Below are positions 8,960-18,396 of a stretch of 32,000 nucleotides of DNA, one piece after another (position 1 is the first letter of the stretch; each line of letters opens with the position of its first letter). The position numbers and the translations under genes are program-made. The notes below the pieces were generated by a model that was not told the origin of the DNA, did not search any database, and worked only from the letters and a program-made list of their open reading frames with translations. The stretch spans positions 30,001 to 62,000 of the forward strand of contig NC_009927.1 of assembly GCF_000018105.1 (NCBI RefSeq). Reading direction: 5' to 3'. Origin of the DNA: Acaryochloris marina MBIC11017. Its GTDB lineage: Bacteria; Cyanobacteriota; Cyanobacteriia; Thermosynechococcales; Thermosynechococcaceae.

Positions 8960-9508
8960 ATGCATACCTTTTTAGAGACTGAACGGTTAGCACTAAGGCA
9001 ATTTACCTTAGAAGATGTAGACTGCTTAGTTGAACTCAATAGTGATCCAGATGTTGTTCGTTTCGCCACTATAGATAAACAAGTTGATCCAGCATCTATC
9101 CAAACTCAGATTCTTCCAAAATGGTTGCAGCACTATGAGGATTATGAAGGATATGGTTTCTGGGCAGCAATTGAGAAATCCAGTCAAACCTTTATTGGTT
9201 GGTTCCTTTTCCGACCTGCCGTACATGCACCTTATTTTGATCCAGCACTAGCTGAACCCACCGATATTGAATTGGGATATCGATTACGAAAAGACTCATG
9301 GGGCCACGGTTATGCCACTGAAGGGTCTAAAGCGCTAATTCAAAAAGGCTTTTCTGAACTTGGAGCAAAGCGTATTCTGGCTGTAGTTTTTTCTGTGAAT
9401 GTGGCTTCGATCCGAGTATTAGAGAAATCAGGGTTACACCTTGATATGCAGTTTATTGATAAACATACAGGCCAAGAGGTAGTTTTATATGCTCTTAATC
9501 ACTGTTAA
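8960..9508 (+). CDS. GNAT family N-acetyltransferase (RimJ/RimL-like)
   Basis: LETERLALRQFTLEDVD N-terminus and WGHGYATEG acetyl-CoA motif. Confidence 0.85.
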   Translation: MHTFLETERLALRQFTLEDVDCLVELNSDPDVVRFATIDKQVDPASIQTQILPKWLQHYEDYEGYGFWAAIEKSSQTFIGWFLFRPAVHAPYFDPALAEPTDIELGYRLRKDSWGHGYATEGSKALIQKGFSELGAKRILAVVFSVNVASIRVLEKSGLHLDMQFIDKHTGQEVVLYALNHC

Positions 9509-9659
9509 CAAACGACACCTTCCACGAAGTCTGATTCAATAACAATCCGACTGTTGCTTGAGGATATAAACAAGATAACGAAATACTCTAATTTCATTCC
9601 TGTCCAGGCATTATATTCGTTCTTCAAATATCTAAAAAATATCAAACTAGAGTATCAAC

Positions 9660-10262
9660 ATGATCGCTGAAAGCTGGGAGAGAATTATCGAGTGGGGAAA
9701 TCGCAATGCCCCAGAAATGCTTAAAGATCTAAACCCTGGAGCATCGGAAGAGCAAATCGCAGCTGTGGAAGCAGAACTCGGCCAACCCATCCCAGCAGAC
9801 TTTCGCGCAAGCTTGCTCATTCACAATGGTGAAAGTGACGGATGGCCCTGCAAAGTATTTGCTGACTATGGTGCTTACCTTGGAACTGAAAGCATTCTTG
9901 AAAGTTGGAAACAGAGAAAGCAAGTTGCTGCTGAAGTCGAGAATTACGCAGATGAAATGCCTGATCCAGAACAACAAATTCGTGATGGCATCATCTTTGT
10001 TGAAGGACCAGTGCGACCAAAGTTATTTTTACCTGAATGGATTCCGATCATGGACTGCAATGGCGATGTTTTTTGGGCGCTGGATATGAACCCAGAAGAA
10101 GGGGGAGTTTCAGGCCAGGTTATTGCCGTTGATTGGGAAGGCTGTTCGTGGAAGGTCATCGCAGATTCTTTCAGATCGTTTATTCGTGATTACGCCCAAG
10201 AACTGGAGAATGGGGCATACCGAGTCGTTGATGAACAGCCGACCAAAGAGGACAACCAATAA
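9660..10262 (+). CDS. SMI1/KNR4 (SUKH-1) family protein
   Basis: SWERIIEWGNRNAPEMLKDLNPGASEEQIAAVEAELGQPIPADFRASLLIHNGE is the characteristic N-terminal signature of this family. Confidence 0.8.
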   Translation: MIAESWERIIEWGNRNAPEMLKDLNPGASEEQIAAVEAELGQPIPADFRASLLIHNGESDGWPCKVFADYGAYLGTESILESWKQRKQVAAEVENYADEMPDPEQQIRDGIIFVEGPVRPKLFLPEWIPIMDCNGDVFWALDMNPEEGGVSGQVIAVDWEGCSWKVIADSFRSFIRDYAQELENGAYRVVDEQPTKEDNQ

Positions 10263-10305
10263 CAAACCATTTGGATCAAACAAGGAGAACACATCAAGGT
10301 CACTT

Positions 10306-11457
10306 CTAGAGTATTTCTGGAGTATTGCCCAACGCTAACTGACCCGCCAGCTTACGCTGTACCTCCTCACGCATGGGATGATAACGAGCGCCTTGAGCAT
10401 CACGAAATAGTTTTTCTAGGCCATAAGGACGATGAAATGCCAGTCCACCCGTAATTTCCATAGCAGCATCCACTACCTTCAACACCGACTGGGTGATCAA
10501 AGTACGACCCGTCATTATCTGGTTGGTAGTTTCGATACTTGGTGATTGAGAGGCTGCTATAGCAATCATCTGCTGCTGCACCAATTTTGCGTTCGTTAAT
10601 TCATTCTCTAAACCGCCTACCAAGTAACAAACGTGATCGTCATCTCGTCGTTTTTGAGCATTCTGGATTGTTAGATCCCTGGCTGCTTCAGCAATGCCCA
10701 CGTAGACCGAGTAAATGATAGGAATGGCAATCAGTGTAATTAAATGGAATGCAGGATGCCATTTGCCAGCTGGTCGCCGCAGGGAAATAGCTTGCTCCGA
10801 TACGAACACATCTTCTAGGAGCACGGTGTGTGAACCAGTCCCTCGCATACCCATAGCTTGCCAGACTGAATCAATAGACACACCTGGCGACTTCATAGGT
10901 AATGCAAAATGTAAAACCGTTTTGCCCGCTGTTGGGTCATCATAGATTGCACTGGTGATCAGTAAATCACCAGTTGGCGAACCACTCACAAAACCCTTTC
11001 GGCTATTTATGATAAAGCCCCCCTCTGAGGGGGTTGCGGTCCCCGAACCGTTGAGCCAATCCGCACCACCCGTACTGAGCAACATAATTTTCTCTTGAGC
11101 AACACGGGTTAGTAAACCCTCAACAGCCATCTGTTGATGCTGCCACTTCCAGGTCGGAATCATAACTTGATGGGTATGCATCGATAGGGCTAGGGCAGTT
11201 GAACTGCAGTGTTGTCCAAGAATACGCAAAACATTGCACATCTCAGCATGGCTAGCCCCACCACCACCTAATTGAGTAGGTACTCCAGCAGCAGTAAACC
11301 CAGCTTCCTTGAGGCGCTTAATATTCTCAAGCACGTACTGATCAGAGATATCAGCAGCTTGTTCACTTTCCGCGAGTTGGGGCCCCAAAGCCTCTGCTAG
11401 TGCTAGCCAACCTGTGGTTTGAGGGGGCTTGGAAGGTGCCTGTTGTATGTCGAGCAT
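10306..11457 (-). CDS. Acyl-CoA dehydrogenase family protein
   Basis: About 383 aa from the internal ATG at 11457, because the longer ORF would overlap the divergent regulator. It has the overall ACAD layout, GGGGASHAE and a C-terminal helical domain ending ...ARYHPMREEVQRK. Confidence 0.85.
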   Translation of the reverse strand: MLDIQQAPSKPPQTTGWLALAEALGPQLAESEQAADISDQYVLENIKRLKEAGFTAAGVPTQLGGGGASHAEMCNVLRILGQHCSSTALALSMHTHQVMIPTWKWQHQQMAVEGLLTRVAQEKIMLLSTGGADWLNGSGTATPSEGGFIINSRKGFVSGSPTGDLLITSAIYDDPTAGKTVLHFALPMKSPGVSIDSVWQAMGMRGTGSHTVLLEDVFVSEQAISLRRPAGKWHPAFHLITLIAIPIIYSVYVGIAEAARDLTIQNAQKRRDDDHVCYLVGGLENELTNAKLVQQQMIAIAASQSPSIETTNQIMTGRTLITQSVLKVVDAAMEITGGLAFHRPYGLEKLFRDAQGARYHPMREEVQRKLAGQLALGNTPEIL

Positions 11458-11576
11458 GATCCGTAGTTCCTGTTTAATTTTGGTGTTAATTCCATACTGC
11501 TGCCAGAAAATCTGTGGTACAAGATCATAATCTGAACTTGCAAACAATCTGCAACACAGTTTTAGGGAATAGAGTC

Positions 11577-12299
11577 ATGGGCAAAAGCTATGGGCAATAC
11601 TGCCCCGTTGCTAGAGCAGCCGAAGCAATTTGCGAACGCTGGACCCCCTTGGTTTTACGGGAGCTAATGTCGGGTAGCTGTCATTTCAACGAAATCAGTC
11701 GAGGAGTACCCTTGATGTCCAGGGCACTCCTAATTAAGCGACTGAAAGAACTTGAAACTGCTGGCATTATTACTCGCCAAGATAAGAAATCTGGACAAGG
11801 CTCCATCTATCAACTCACCCCTGCTGGTGAGGCTCTGCGCCCCATCATTAAAGGAATGGGTGAATGGGCTCAACAATGGGGAAGTGATCGCTTAACCCCG
11901 GAGCAACTCGATCCCGATTTATTTATGTGGGGCTTGAGACGGGGGTTCAATCTGGAGGCTATGCCAGATCATAAAATTGTGCTTCAGTTTGACCTACGGG
12001 GGATTCCCCGACAACGGAAAACAAAACGAAGCTATTGGGTCGTTACCGAAAAACACCGGGTTGATGTTTGCATCCAAGATCCTGGCTTTGATGTGGATGT
12101 GTTGATTGCAGCAGATTTAAGTGCCATTATTCACGTCGTGATGGGGTATGACCCTCTGGATCTAGCTCTGAGAGCCAAGACTATTCAATTTGAGGGGAAT
12201 CAAGATTGGGTCGGCCAACTACCAACATGGCTATTCCTTAATGGCGAGCGACGATATCTATCAGGTCTAGCGACGGCAACAATAGGAACAATGTTATAG
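11577..12299 (+). CDS. HxlR-type winged-helix transcriptional regulator with a C-terminal extension of about 140 aa
   Basis: YCPVARAAEAICERWTPLVLRELMSGSCHFNEISRGVPLMSRALLIKRLKELETAGII. It is divergent from the ACAD gene. Confidence 0.8.
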   Translation: MGKSYGQYCPVARAAEAICERWTPLVLRELMSGSCHFNEISRGVPLMSRALLIKRLKELETAGIITRQDKKSGQGSIYQLTPAGEALRPIIKGMGEWAQQWGSDRLTPEQLDPDLFMWGLRRGFNLEAMPDHKIVLQFDLRGIPRQRKTKRSYWVVTEKHRVDVCIQDPGFDVDVLIAADLSAIIHVVMGYDPLDLALRAKTIQFEGNQDWVGQLPTWLFLNGERRYLSGLATATIGTML

Positions 12300-12396
12300 T
12301 GCCAAAACTCGTTTTAGATTCATTCAGATAGTGGTGCATAACATACAAATTCGGCACGCCTGAGTCTATTCAGGCACACTCTGTTTGAATATAAAC

Positions 12397-13781
12397 GGCT
12401 CTCTGGGAATTAGCGTGTAGCAGTCCTACATTTAGTGTGTTTCCTTTTTCATCCCTATGGAATGATCTGAGGTAGTACTTCAGAGCAATGGCGTAATGGA
12501 TAACTCAATTCGCATCCCGCTCAACCTTCCTGATATTCGAATTCTAGAGCTATCGAAGACTGAGAGAGGGGATTGGCTCATCAAGATTGAGAGTACGCTT
12601 CAAGGAACAACCTGTCACCAATGCGGACGTGAGATTACTGACCTCCATTGTCATGATCAGCCTTTTCGGATTCGTCACCTGCCATTATTTGAAGTCCCCG
12701 TTTACTTAGAAATTCGGCCCAAGCGTTATCGATGCAAGTATTGCGATGACCATCCCACAACAACTCAACATTTAGAATGGCACGAACCTCGCAGTCCCAA
12801 TACAAAAGCATATGAGCGTTGGCTTCTGCGAATCTTGATCAATTCAACGGTCTCAGATGTTGCCAGAAAACTAGGCGTTAGTGAGGATATCGTCAGTGGA
12901 ATCATTGATCGTTGGATTGCCGCTCAAGTTGACTGGAGCGAATATGCAGACCTCAAAGTTATGGGGATGGATGAGATTTCTCTCAAACGAGGCCATCGTG
13001 ATTTTGTGGTTTTGATCACGATTCCTACGACGGATGGGGTGGATATATTGGCAGTTCTAGCCGACCGTAAACAGCAGACAGTGGCAAATTTCCTTCAATC
13101 GATTCCCATTGATTTACGCCAAACCATTGAGCGCGTCTGTACGGACATGTACCAAGGATTTGTCAGTGCAGTCCGAGAACAATTGCCGCAAGCCAAAATT
13201 GTCATTGACCGCTTTCATGTGACCAAAGCCTATCGTAATTGTGCTGATACGGTTCGTAAACGTGAGGTCAAACGTCTACGACGAGAGCTCTCTAAGCAAG
13301 AGTATGACAGCATCAAAGGCGCGATGTGGCCTTTTAGAAAACGACCAGAGAATCTGAAAGAGTCAGAGCAACAACTCCTTGAGCGATTGTTTGCTTATTC
13401 TCCACAACTGAAACAGGCGTACAACCTCCGAGAGAAACTCACGCAGATATTTGAGGGCAGGTACACCAAGCACGGAGCTAAATGTGCCATCCGTGCTTGG
13501 TGTAAACAAGTACTCAAGAGTGACATCAAGGAATTCGATTGTTTTCTGACCACTATCAATAATTGGATGGACGAGATGACCAACTATTTCCTGGAGGGGT
13601 GGACCAGTGGTTTTGTGGAAGGATTTAATAACCGAGTCAAAGTCTTAAAAAGACGATGCTACGGTATTTTCGATATTGAAAGACTCTTCCAAAGGATTTC
13701 TCTTGACCTCAATGGGTATCAGACATTCGCTGTGACCTAAACACTATATCTAGCGGCTACCACGCTAATTCCCGGAGAGCC
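12397..13781 (+). mobile_element. ISL3-family insertion sequence (1385 bp), intact
   Basis: The inverted repeats are GGCTCTCTGGGAATTAGCGTGTAGC (12397-) and GGCTCTCCGGGAATTAGCGTGGTAGC (reverse complement ending at 13781). An 8-bp direct repeat ATATAAAC lies at 12389-12396 and 13782-13789. Confidence 0.9.
12496..13740 (+). CDS. ISL3-family transposase
   Basis: 414 aa. It has an N-terminal zinc-finger-like CHQCG...CKYC and a DDE region (MGMDEISLKRGHRDFVVL...DRFHV...EGFNNRVKVLKRRCYG). Confidence 0.92.
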   Translation: MDNSIRIPLNLPDIRILELSKTERGDWLIKIESTLQGTTCHQCGREITDLHCHDQPFRIRHLPLFEVPVYLEIRPKRYRCKYCDDHPTTTQHLEWHEPRSPNTKAYERWLLRILINSTVSDVARKLGVSEDIVSGIIDRWIAAQVDWSEYADLKVMGMDEISLKRGHRDFVVLITIPTTDGVDILAVLADRKQQTVANFLQSIPIDLRQTIERVCTDMYQGFVSAVREQLPQAKIVIDRFHVTKAYRNCADTVRKREVKRLRRELSKQEYDSIKGAMWPFRKRPENLKESEQQLLERLFAYSPQLKQAYNLREKLTQIFEGRYTKHGAKCAIRAWCKQVLKSDIKEFDCFLTTINNWMDEMTNYFLEGWTSGFVEGFNNRVKVLKRRCYGIFDIERLFQRISLDLNGYQTFAVT

Positions 13782-14835
13782 ATATAAACTGATGAACTAA
13801 TTCTCCAGAGTTCACATCTGTGACCAAGCCATTATCTTTAAACCCAACTTTCGTGGCAACGATTTTGGATACCTCATTGGCTGGTGCTATCGGAGCAATC
13901 ACCCGAAGATAACCAAGCTTGTTTAGGGCATATTGAGAAAGCACAGCGGCAACTTCCGTGGCATATCCTTTTCTCCTGGCATCAGGCATAATCGCATACA
14001 TGATCTCTATCGTCTCTTCATCATGTGGAGTCAAGCCGCAGAAACCAATGAAGGTAGATGTTTTCGGGGCTTCCACTGCAAAGGCTAGCATTGGATGCTC
14101 CGTCCCATATGACGTAATGGTAGCTTCAAGCAAGTCCCTGGCCCCTTGACTACTTTTTTGCTCATCACCAAAGGTAAGAAATCTAGTGGACTCCTGATCA
14201 GTCATAAAACGGGTAAACGGCTCAATATCTCCTCGTGTAAATGGTCGAATCTGCAAGTGCTCTGTATTAATCGGTTCTCCAACGAAAGTTTTAGCGCTCT
14301 TTGGTCGCTGTCTGAATTCAAGAGTTTCAGATTCAAGGCTAACGGTTCTAGTATCTTTACTTTCAGCAATTTCCATCCTGAAAATTGGTAAAAATCGACC
14401 TGGAATACTATCTGACTCTTTTTCTCCAATGAGTTGGGCACCGACTGCTAGATAAAACTCTTCAGCATTTGGATCACCTTGGATGATGAGTGACCTTCCT
14501 CCTGACTCTCCGATGAAATCCCTAGCATGAGTAATCAAAGCACGTCCAATACCCGAACCTATGTGCACAGGATCAACAAATAAGGCTTCCAATTCAAATT
14601 GCAACGATGACAAACGTTCGACACCATAAAATCCAACAACTTCATTCGCCATTTCTGCGACGACATAATGAAACTTACTATCTTGAATCATCTCTGATGT
14701 CACAGTTAACTCATCCCTGCAAGCTTCCATGAAATCATCAGAGTAACCCCAATAAGATTTTGAGCGCATAGCAAGTCCACTCAGTTGAATCGCTTCTTCC
14801 GGCTTAGCTTCCCTAAGAGTTAAGGAGTTGGTCAT
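13765..14835 (-). CDS. Tandem-GNAT acetyltransferase whose 3' end was rewritten by the ISL3 insertion
   Basis: It has two GNAT modules (FVDPVHIGSGIGRAL and RRKGYATEVA). The present C-terminus ...VHQFIWLSGN* runs into the IS. The native reading ...VHQFIFKQSVPE* stops at 12366-12368. Confidence 0.8.
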   Translation of the reverse strand: MTNSLTLREAKPEEAIQLSGLAMRSKSYWGYSDDFMEACRDELTVTSEMIQDSKFHYVVAEMANEVVGFYGVERLSSLQFELEALFVDPVHIGSGIGRALITHARDFIGESGGRSLIIQGDPNAEEFYLAVGAQLIGEKESDSIPGRFLPIFRMEIAESKDTRTVSLESETLEFRQRPKSAKTFVGEPINTEHLQIRPFTRGDIEPFTRFMTDQESTRFLTFGDEQKSSQGARDLLEATITSYGTEHPMLAFAVEAPKTSTFIGFCGLTPHDEETIEIMYAIMPDARRKGYATEVAAVLSQYALNKLGYLRVIAPIAPANEVSKIVATKVGFKDNGLVTDVNSGELVHQFIWLSGN

Positions 14836-15009
14836 TGCTCGGGGAGTGGATCTATGAAAATACGGTCAATCAAGATCATGCAATTTAACGGGTTAGGCTT
14901 CACCAGCAAGTTTAAGTTCTGAATGCAACCAGAAGCTTTGAAGCTCTTAGTGTCCGAGAGCAAACCATTGTCATGCCTCACCTTCTAGCCTAGATACTAA
15001 AATATCGAA

Positions 15010-15105
15010 ATGCAAAACCTCTTCATTCATAATTACGCCAAAGAATTGGAGAATGGAGCCTACCGATTAGTTGATGGACAACCAACCAAGGAGGAAGATG
15101 AATAA
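15010..15105 (+). pseudogene. 3'-terminal relic of a second SMI1/KNR4 gene
   Basis: It translates to MQNLFIHNYAKELENGAYRLVDGQPTKEEDE*, compared with the end of 9660..10262, ...SFIRDYAQELENGAYRVVDEQPTKEDNQ*. No matching upstream sequence is present. Confidence 0.6.
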
Positions 15106-15181
15106 TTGATTTTCCTTCATCTCTAGTGTTATTCATCAAGCAGGAAAAAGCTTAGAATTCAAGCCTGCGCTCACCTCAAAA

Positions 15182-16360
15182 CTAGGATCGAGGAAGAGAC
15201 AGCCATCTTTGCCATACGTTAAAAGAGGGGCGATGACGGCCTTTCTCGTCAATCAGTCCACAGTCTTTGGATAAACTGGCAAAACCATGAATATTTGAAT
15301 CAAACGCACCACCCGTACCATCCAACTTGGCTTGTAATTGATCCAAATCGCGATATCCCCAGTACAGTACAAACTCTGCCTCCAATCGATGGGCTTCAGA
15401 AAGCAAGAATTCAATATATGCTGCTTGCCACTTCTCTCGTGCTGGAATCAGTAAGCGTTTCTTACGAAAAGGAATAGGGATTCCCTGAGTTGGATGATAA
15501 AAGTCTTCAGCCAAGAAATTAGTTTCAACGACAGCGAACGGTATATCTGGTGCGATTTCCTTTGCTCGTGAAAACCAATCTTTAGGAATATCCGCAGGAT
15601 TGCCTCCAGTCATAATAAAGGGGAAGGTACTCACCGCATACATATCCGTATAGGGTAATAACGATTGAGTCACCTCCGCTCGTTTACTCATCTGTTCGTC
15701 ATTTTCTAGCACAAATTCAATGAGTATCGGCAGGGATGGGAACTCCCGTTTTAATACTGGGTAAATCTGCTTCACCGAACGGAGTAGACTTTGGAAGCGA
15801 GGATCATCAACGTTAACAAGGCCAGAATCTACCTCTGCTACATACATAAAATAATCAGGCTGAAACCGGGTAATGAGATCTCGACACCAATGAAGATAAG
15901 CCGCAATCACTTCTGGATCATCGAAAGTCTTATCTTTCCACTTGCCTGTTCTTGGAACTTCGTATTCTCCTAAATAACCCGAGAGACTCACCCGATCACT
16001 CCCTAAAAGACTCGTCCCCAGGAAAATCTTTTGGTGAGGTTTAATGCCGTTGATTCTTTTTTGGATTTCCTGCTCCTGTACTGGATGATAGGGTTTCTTT
16101 GCTGCTGCCTCATTCCAGGGCACAAAACCATCAAAATAGAAGCCAATGATGTCACTGTTTTCCCCGATCACCCGGAATGTTTCTTCAAAGGCTTCATCGC
16201 TCCAGTCATAAGGCTGATAGATAAAACCTTGATAAAAAGAACGCTGTTCTGGATGGGGTTGGCTCATATTCTTAGTTGTTAGACGACTGTCTAATACCAC
16301 TGCCAGAAGGGTGATTGCTAGCAATCTCAAAAGGAAGCTGGCTCGCTTTGATATCTGCAT
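15182..16360 (-). CDS. Secreted or membrane-anchored hypothetical protein, possibly a TIM-barrel glycoside-hydrolase-like fold
   Basis: 392-aa ORF with an N-terminal signal anchor (FLLRLLAITLLAVVL). Candidate catalytic glutamates lie in MYVAEVD and AVVETNF. The functional call is weak. Confidence 0.6.
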   Translation of the reverse strand: MQISKRASFLLRLLAITLLAVVLDSRLTTKNMSQPHPEQRSFYQGFIYQPYDWSDEAFEETFRVIGENSDIIGFYFDGFVPWNEAAAKKPYHPVQEQEIQKRINGIKPHQKIFLGTSLLGSDRVSLSGYLGEYEVPRTGKWKDKTFDDPEVIAAYLHWCRDLITRFQPDYFMYVAEVDSGLVNVDDPRFQSLLRSVKQIYPVLKREFPSLPILIEFVLENDEQMSKRAEVTQSLLPYTDMYAVSTFPFIMTGGNPADIPKDWFSRAKEIAPDIPFAVVETNFLAEDFYHPTQGIPIPFRKKRLLIPAREKWQAAYIEFLLSEAHRLEAEFVLYWGYRDLDQLQAKLDGTGGAFDSNIHGFASLSKDCGLIDEKGRHRPSFNVWQRWLSLPRS

Positions 16361-16505
16361 ATTACTTTTGGCACTCTCGACATCTTTAAACCGGGGGGTG
16401 CCTCAAACATGAACTATTTTCAACTGTCCAGTGATGATAGAACATCGCCGATCTGCTTTGTGTATTTTTCTTAAGTTTGATTTTGCCATTAATCAGATTT
16501 TATAA

Positions 16506-16529
16506 GATATAGTACGTTTGAACTATATC
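16506..16529. promoter_or_regulatory. Inverted repeat GATATAGT-N8-ACTATATC upstream of the VOC/DUF1579/VOC cluster
   Basis: The 8-bp arms are exact and lie about 70 bp upstream of the GTG at 16598, which has an AGGAGG Shine-Dalgarno. Confidence 0.3.
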
Positions 16530-16597
16530 AAGAATAGCGATTGCCTCATTTCATAAATGTGAGTTCTTTAATCCGTATTTAAATCTAGGAGGGCATA

Positions 16598-17008
16598 GTG
16601 CAGTTGAATCCATATCTATTTTTCAATGGACAGTGCCAGTCAGCTTTTCAGTTCTATGAACAGTGTTTAGGTGGCAAAGTCGAAACCATAATGCCCTATG
16701 AAGGTTCACCGATGGAGGATCAGGTACCACCTGAATGGCGCAATAAGGTAATGCATGCCGAACTTACTGTGAACAACAGGGTTTTAATGGGGTCTGACGG
16801 TATGCCTGGGGAATACGAGGTCCCTAAAGGTTTCTCTGTCTCACTCAATATGGACGACCCTGCCAAAGCCGAACAAATCTTTCAAGCCCTAGCTGAGAAC
16901 GGAACAGTGTCAATGCCAATTCAAGAGACATTTTGGGCTATACGTTTTGGCATGGTTACTGACCAATTTTCCATACCCTGGCTAATTAATTGCGATAAAC
17001 CAGCTTGA
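16598..17008 (+). CDS. VOC-superfamily protein (PhnB/YjdN-like)
   Basis: MQLNPYLFFNGQCQSAFQFYEQCLGGKVE...KVMHAELTVNNRVLMGSD matches the family N-terminus. GTG start preceded by AGGAGG. Confidence 0.8.
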   Translation: MQLNPYLFFNGQCQSAFQFYEQCLGGKVETIMPYEGSPMEDQVPPEWRNKVMHAELTVNNRVLMGSDGMPGEYEVPKGFSVSLNMDDPAKAEQIFQALAENGTVSMPIQETFWAIRFGMVTDQFSIPWLINCDKPA

Positions 17009-17052
17009 TGATTCTCCAGGATTACTGCACTAATAACTAAGGAGAGAAAACG

Positions 17053-17565
17053 ATGGAAACGACTACCCCACAACAAGAGCTAACCATCAATCATGAGCCC
17101 CAAAAAGAACACCAATGGCTCCAACAACTTGTTGGTGAATGGACCTATGAATCAGATGCGAAAATGGGTCCAGATCATCCCTCCGAAAAATCAACCGGGA
17201 CTGAGACAGTTAGTACCATTGGTAACTTTTGGGTTCAATGTGAAGGCCAGGGTGAAATGTGTGGTGGTCCTGGAACGACAATCATGACTCTGGGTTTTGA
17301 CGTCCAAAACCAAAAGTTTGTGGGGACTTGGATCGGTTCGATGATGGCCTACCTCTGGCAATATGATGGTGAACTTAATGACACAGGAAAGGTGTTAACG
17401 CTCAGTTCACGGGGACCCAGCATGGCAGGTGATGGAACCATAGGCCAATACAAAGATGTGATCGAATTAAAGAGTGACGATCATCGGATTATGACTTCCC
17501 ATGCGTTGGGTGATAACGGGCAATGGTATCAGTTCATGACCACACTTTATCACCGGAGCAAATGA
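17053..17565 (+). CDS. DUF1579-like protein
   Basis: The LQQLVGEWTYE motif and overall pattern match the family from memory. GGAGAG lies upstream of the ATG. Confidence 0.65.
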   Translation: METTTPQQELTINHEPQKEHQWLQQLVGEWTYESDAKMGPDHPSEKSTGTETVSTIGNFWVQCEGQGEMCGGPGTTIMTLGFDVQNQKFVGTWIGSMMAYLWQYDGELNDTGKVLTLSSRGPSMAGDGTIGQYKDVIELKSDDHRIMTSHALGDNGQWYQFMTTLYHRSK

Positions 17566-17576
17566 GAAACAGAACA

Positions 17577-17936
17577 ATGAATAAGCATGAAAAAATAAAT
17601 TATGTTGAGTTTCCAGCAAAAGATATGGAGGCAACGAAAGAGTTTTTCAGCACAGTTTTTGGTTGGTCTTTTATTGATTACGGCCCTGAGTATACAGCCT
17701 TCTCAAATGAAGGCATTGATGGCGGCTTTTTTAAATCTAACTTAACGGCTACTACTGATAAAGGTAGTGCCCTTATCATTTTCTATAGTGAAAGCTTAAC
17801 GAAGACCCAATCAAAAATTGAGCATTCAAGAGGGTCAATTACAAAGCCCATTTTCTCATTTCCGGGTGGTCGTCGTTTTCACTTTAGTGATCCAAATGGT
17901 AATGAGTTTGCCGTTTGGTCAGATGTTGATACATGA
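17577..17936 (+). CDS. VOC/glyoxalase-family protein
   Basis: INYVEFPAKDMEATKEFFSTVFGWSF...GGRRFHFSDPNGNEFAVWS. The internal ATG at 17577 is preferred over the overlapping upstream start. Confidence 0.8.
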   Translation: MNKHEKINYVEFPAKDMEATKEFFSTVFGWSFIDYGPEYTAFSNEGIDGGFFKSNLTATTDKGSALIIFYSESLTKTQSKIEHSRGSITKPIFSFPGGRRFHFSDPNGNEFAVWSDVDT

Positions 17937-17944
17937 CAAACGAA

Positions 17945-18300
17945 CGACTCAAACCGTTCAGATTTCTTCCCACTACAACTAGCTTGCTGTAGGACTGACT
18001 TCCTGATGCAACTCAGACATAAATGACGTTCAGCCGCTTCTTGATTACGCAACTCAGCCAACCCAGCCCAGGTGATAGACAGGATGAGCTTGCATTCCCC
18101 AAAGCTGGATTGTTTCCCAAACTTGCTATGAAGAATAAGAGTAGACGGGTCGCCAATGGTCAATATGCCGTCTGAGTTTGGGGCTGTCCCGCCTATCCGT
18201 GCTGTTTAGCTCGAAAATCTGATACCTGACTCTAGCTGCACTCTCTTGTGCCCGTTCCAGACCGTAATCAGACCAGATCATGTACATTGGCTGGACATAA
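17945..18300 (-). pseudogene. Degraded relic of an IS related to the outer IS at 2575-6568
   Basis: AELRNQEAAERHLCLSCIRKSVLQQASCSGKKSERF here compares with AQLRKEEAVKRHFCLSCVAQSILQDTSCSGRKSERL in the outer IS. Upstream pieces (RDSPKLRRHIDHW vs SDSPRFLLTDALHW) lie in shifted frames. The 3' end is truncated at the VOC gene. Confidence 0.6.
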
Positions 18301-18396
18301 CTCTACTCTGAATTTAAGCAGCAGCCCTTCGACTAAAGTCGGCTTCCTATCGTTCACTTTTAATGGCACGATTCAGCTAACCTTGAGCCTTAGCAA

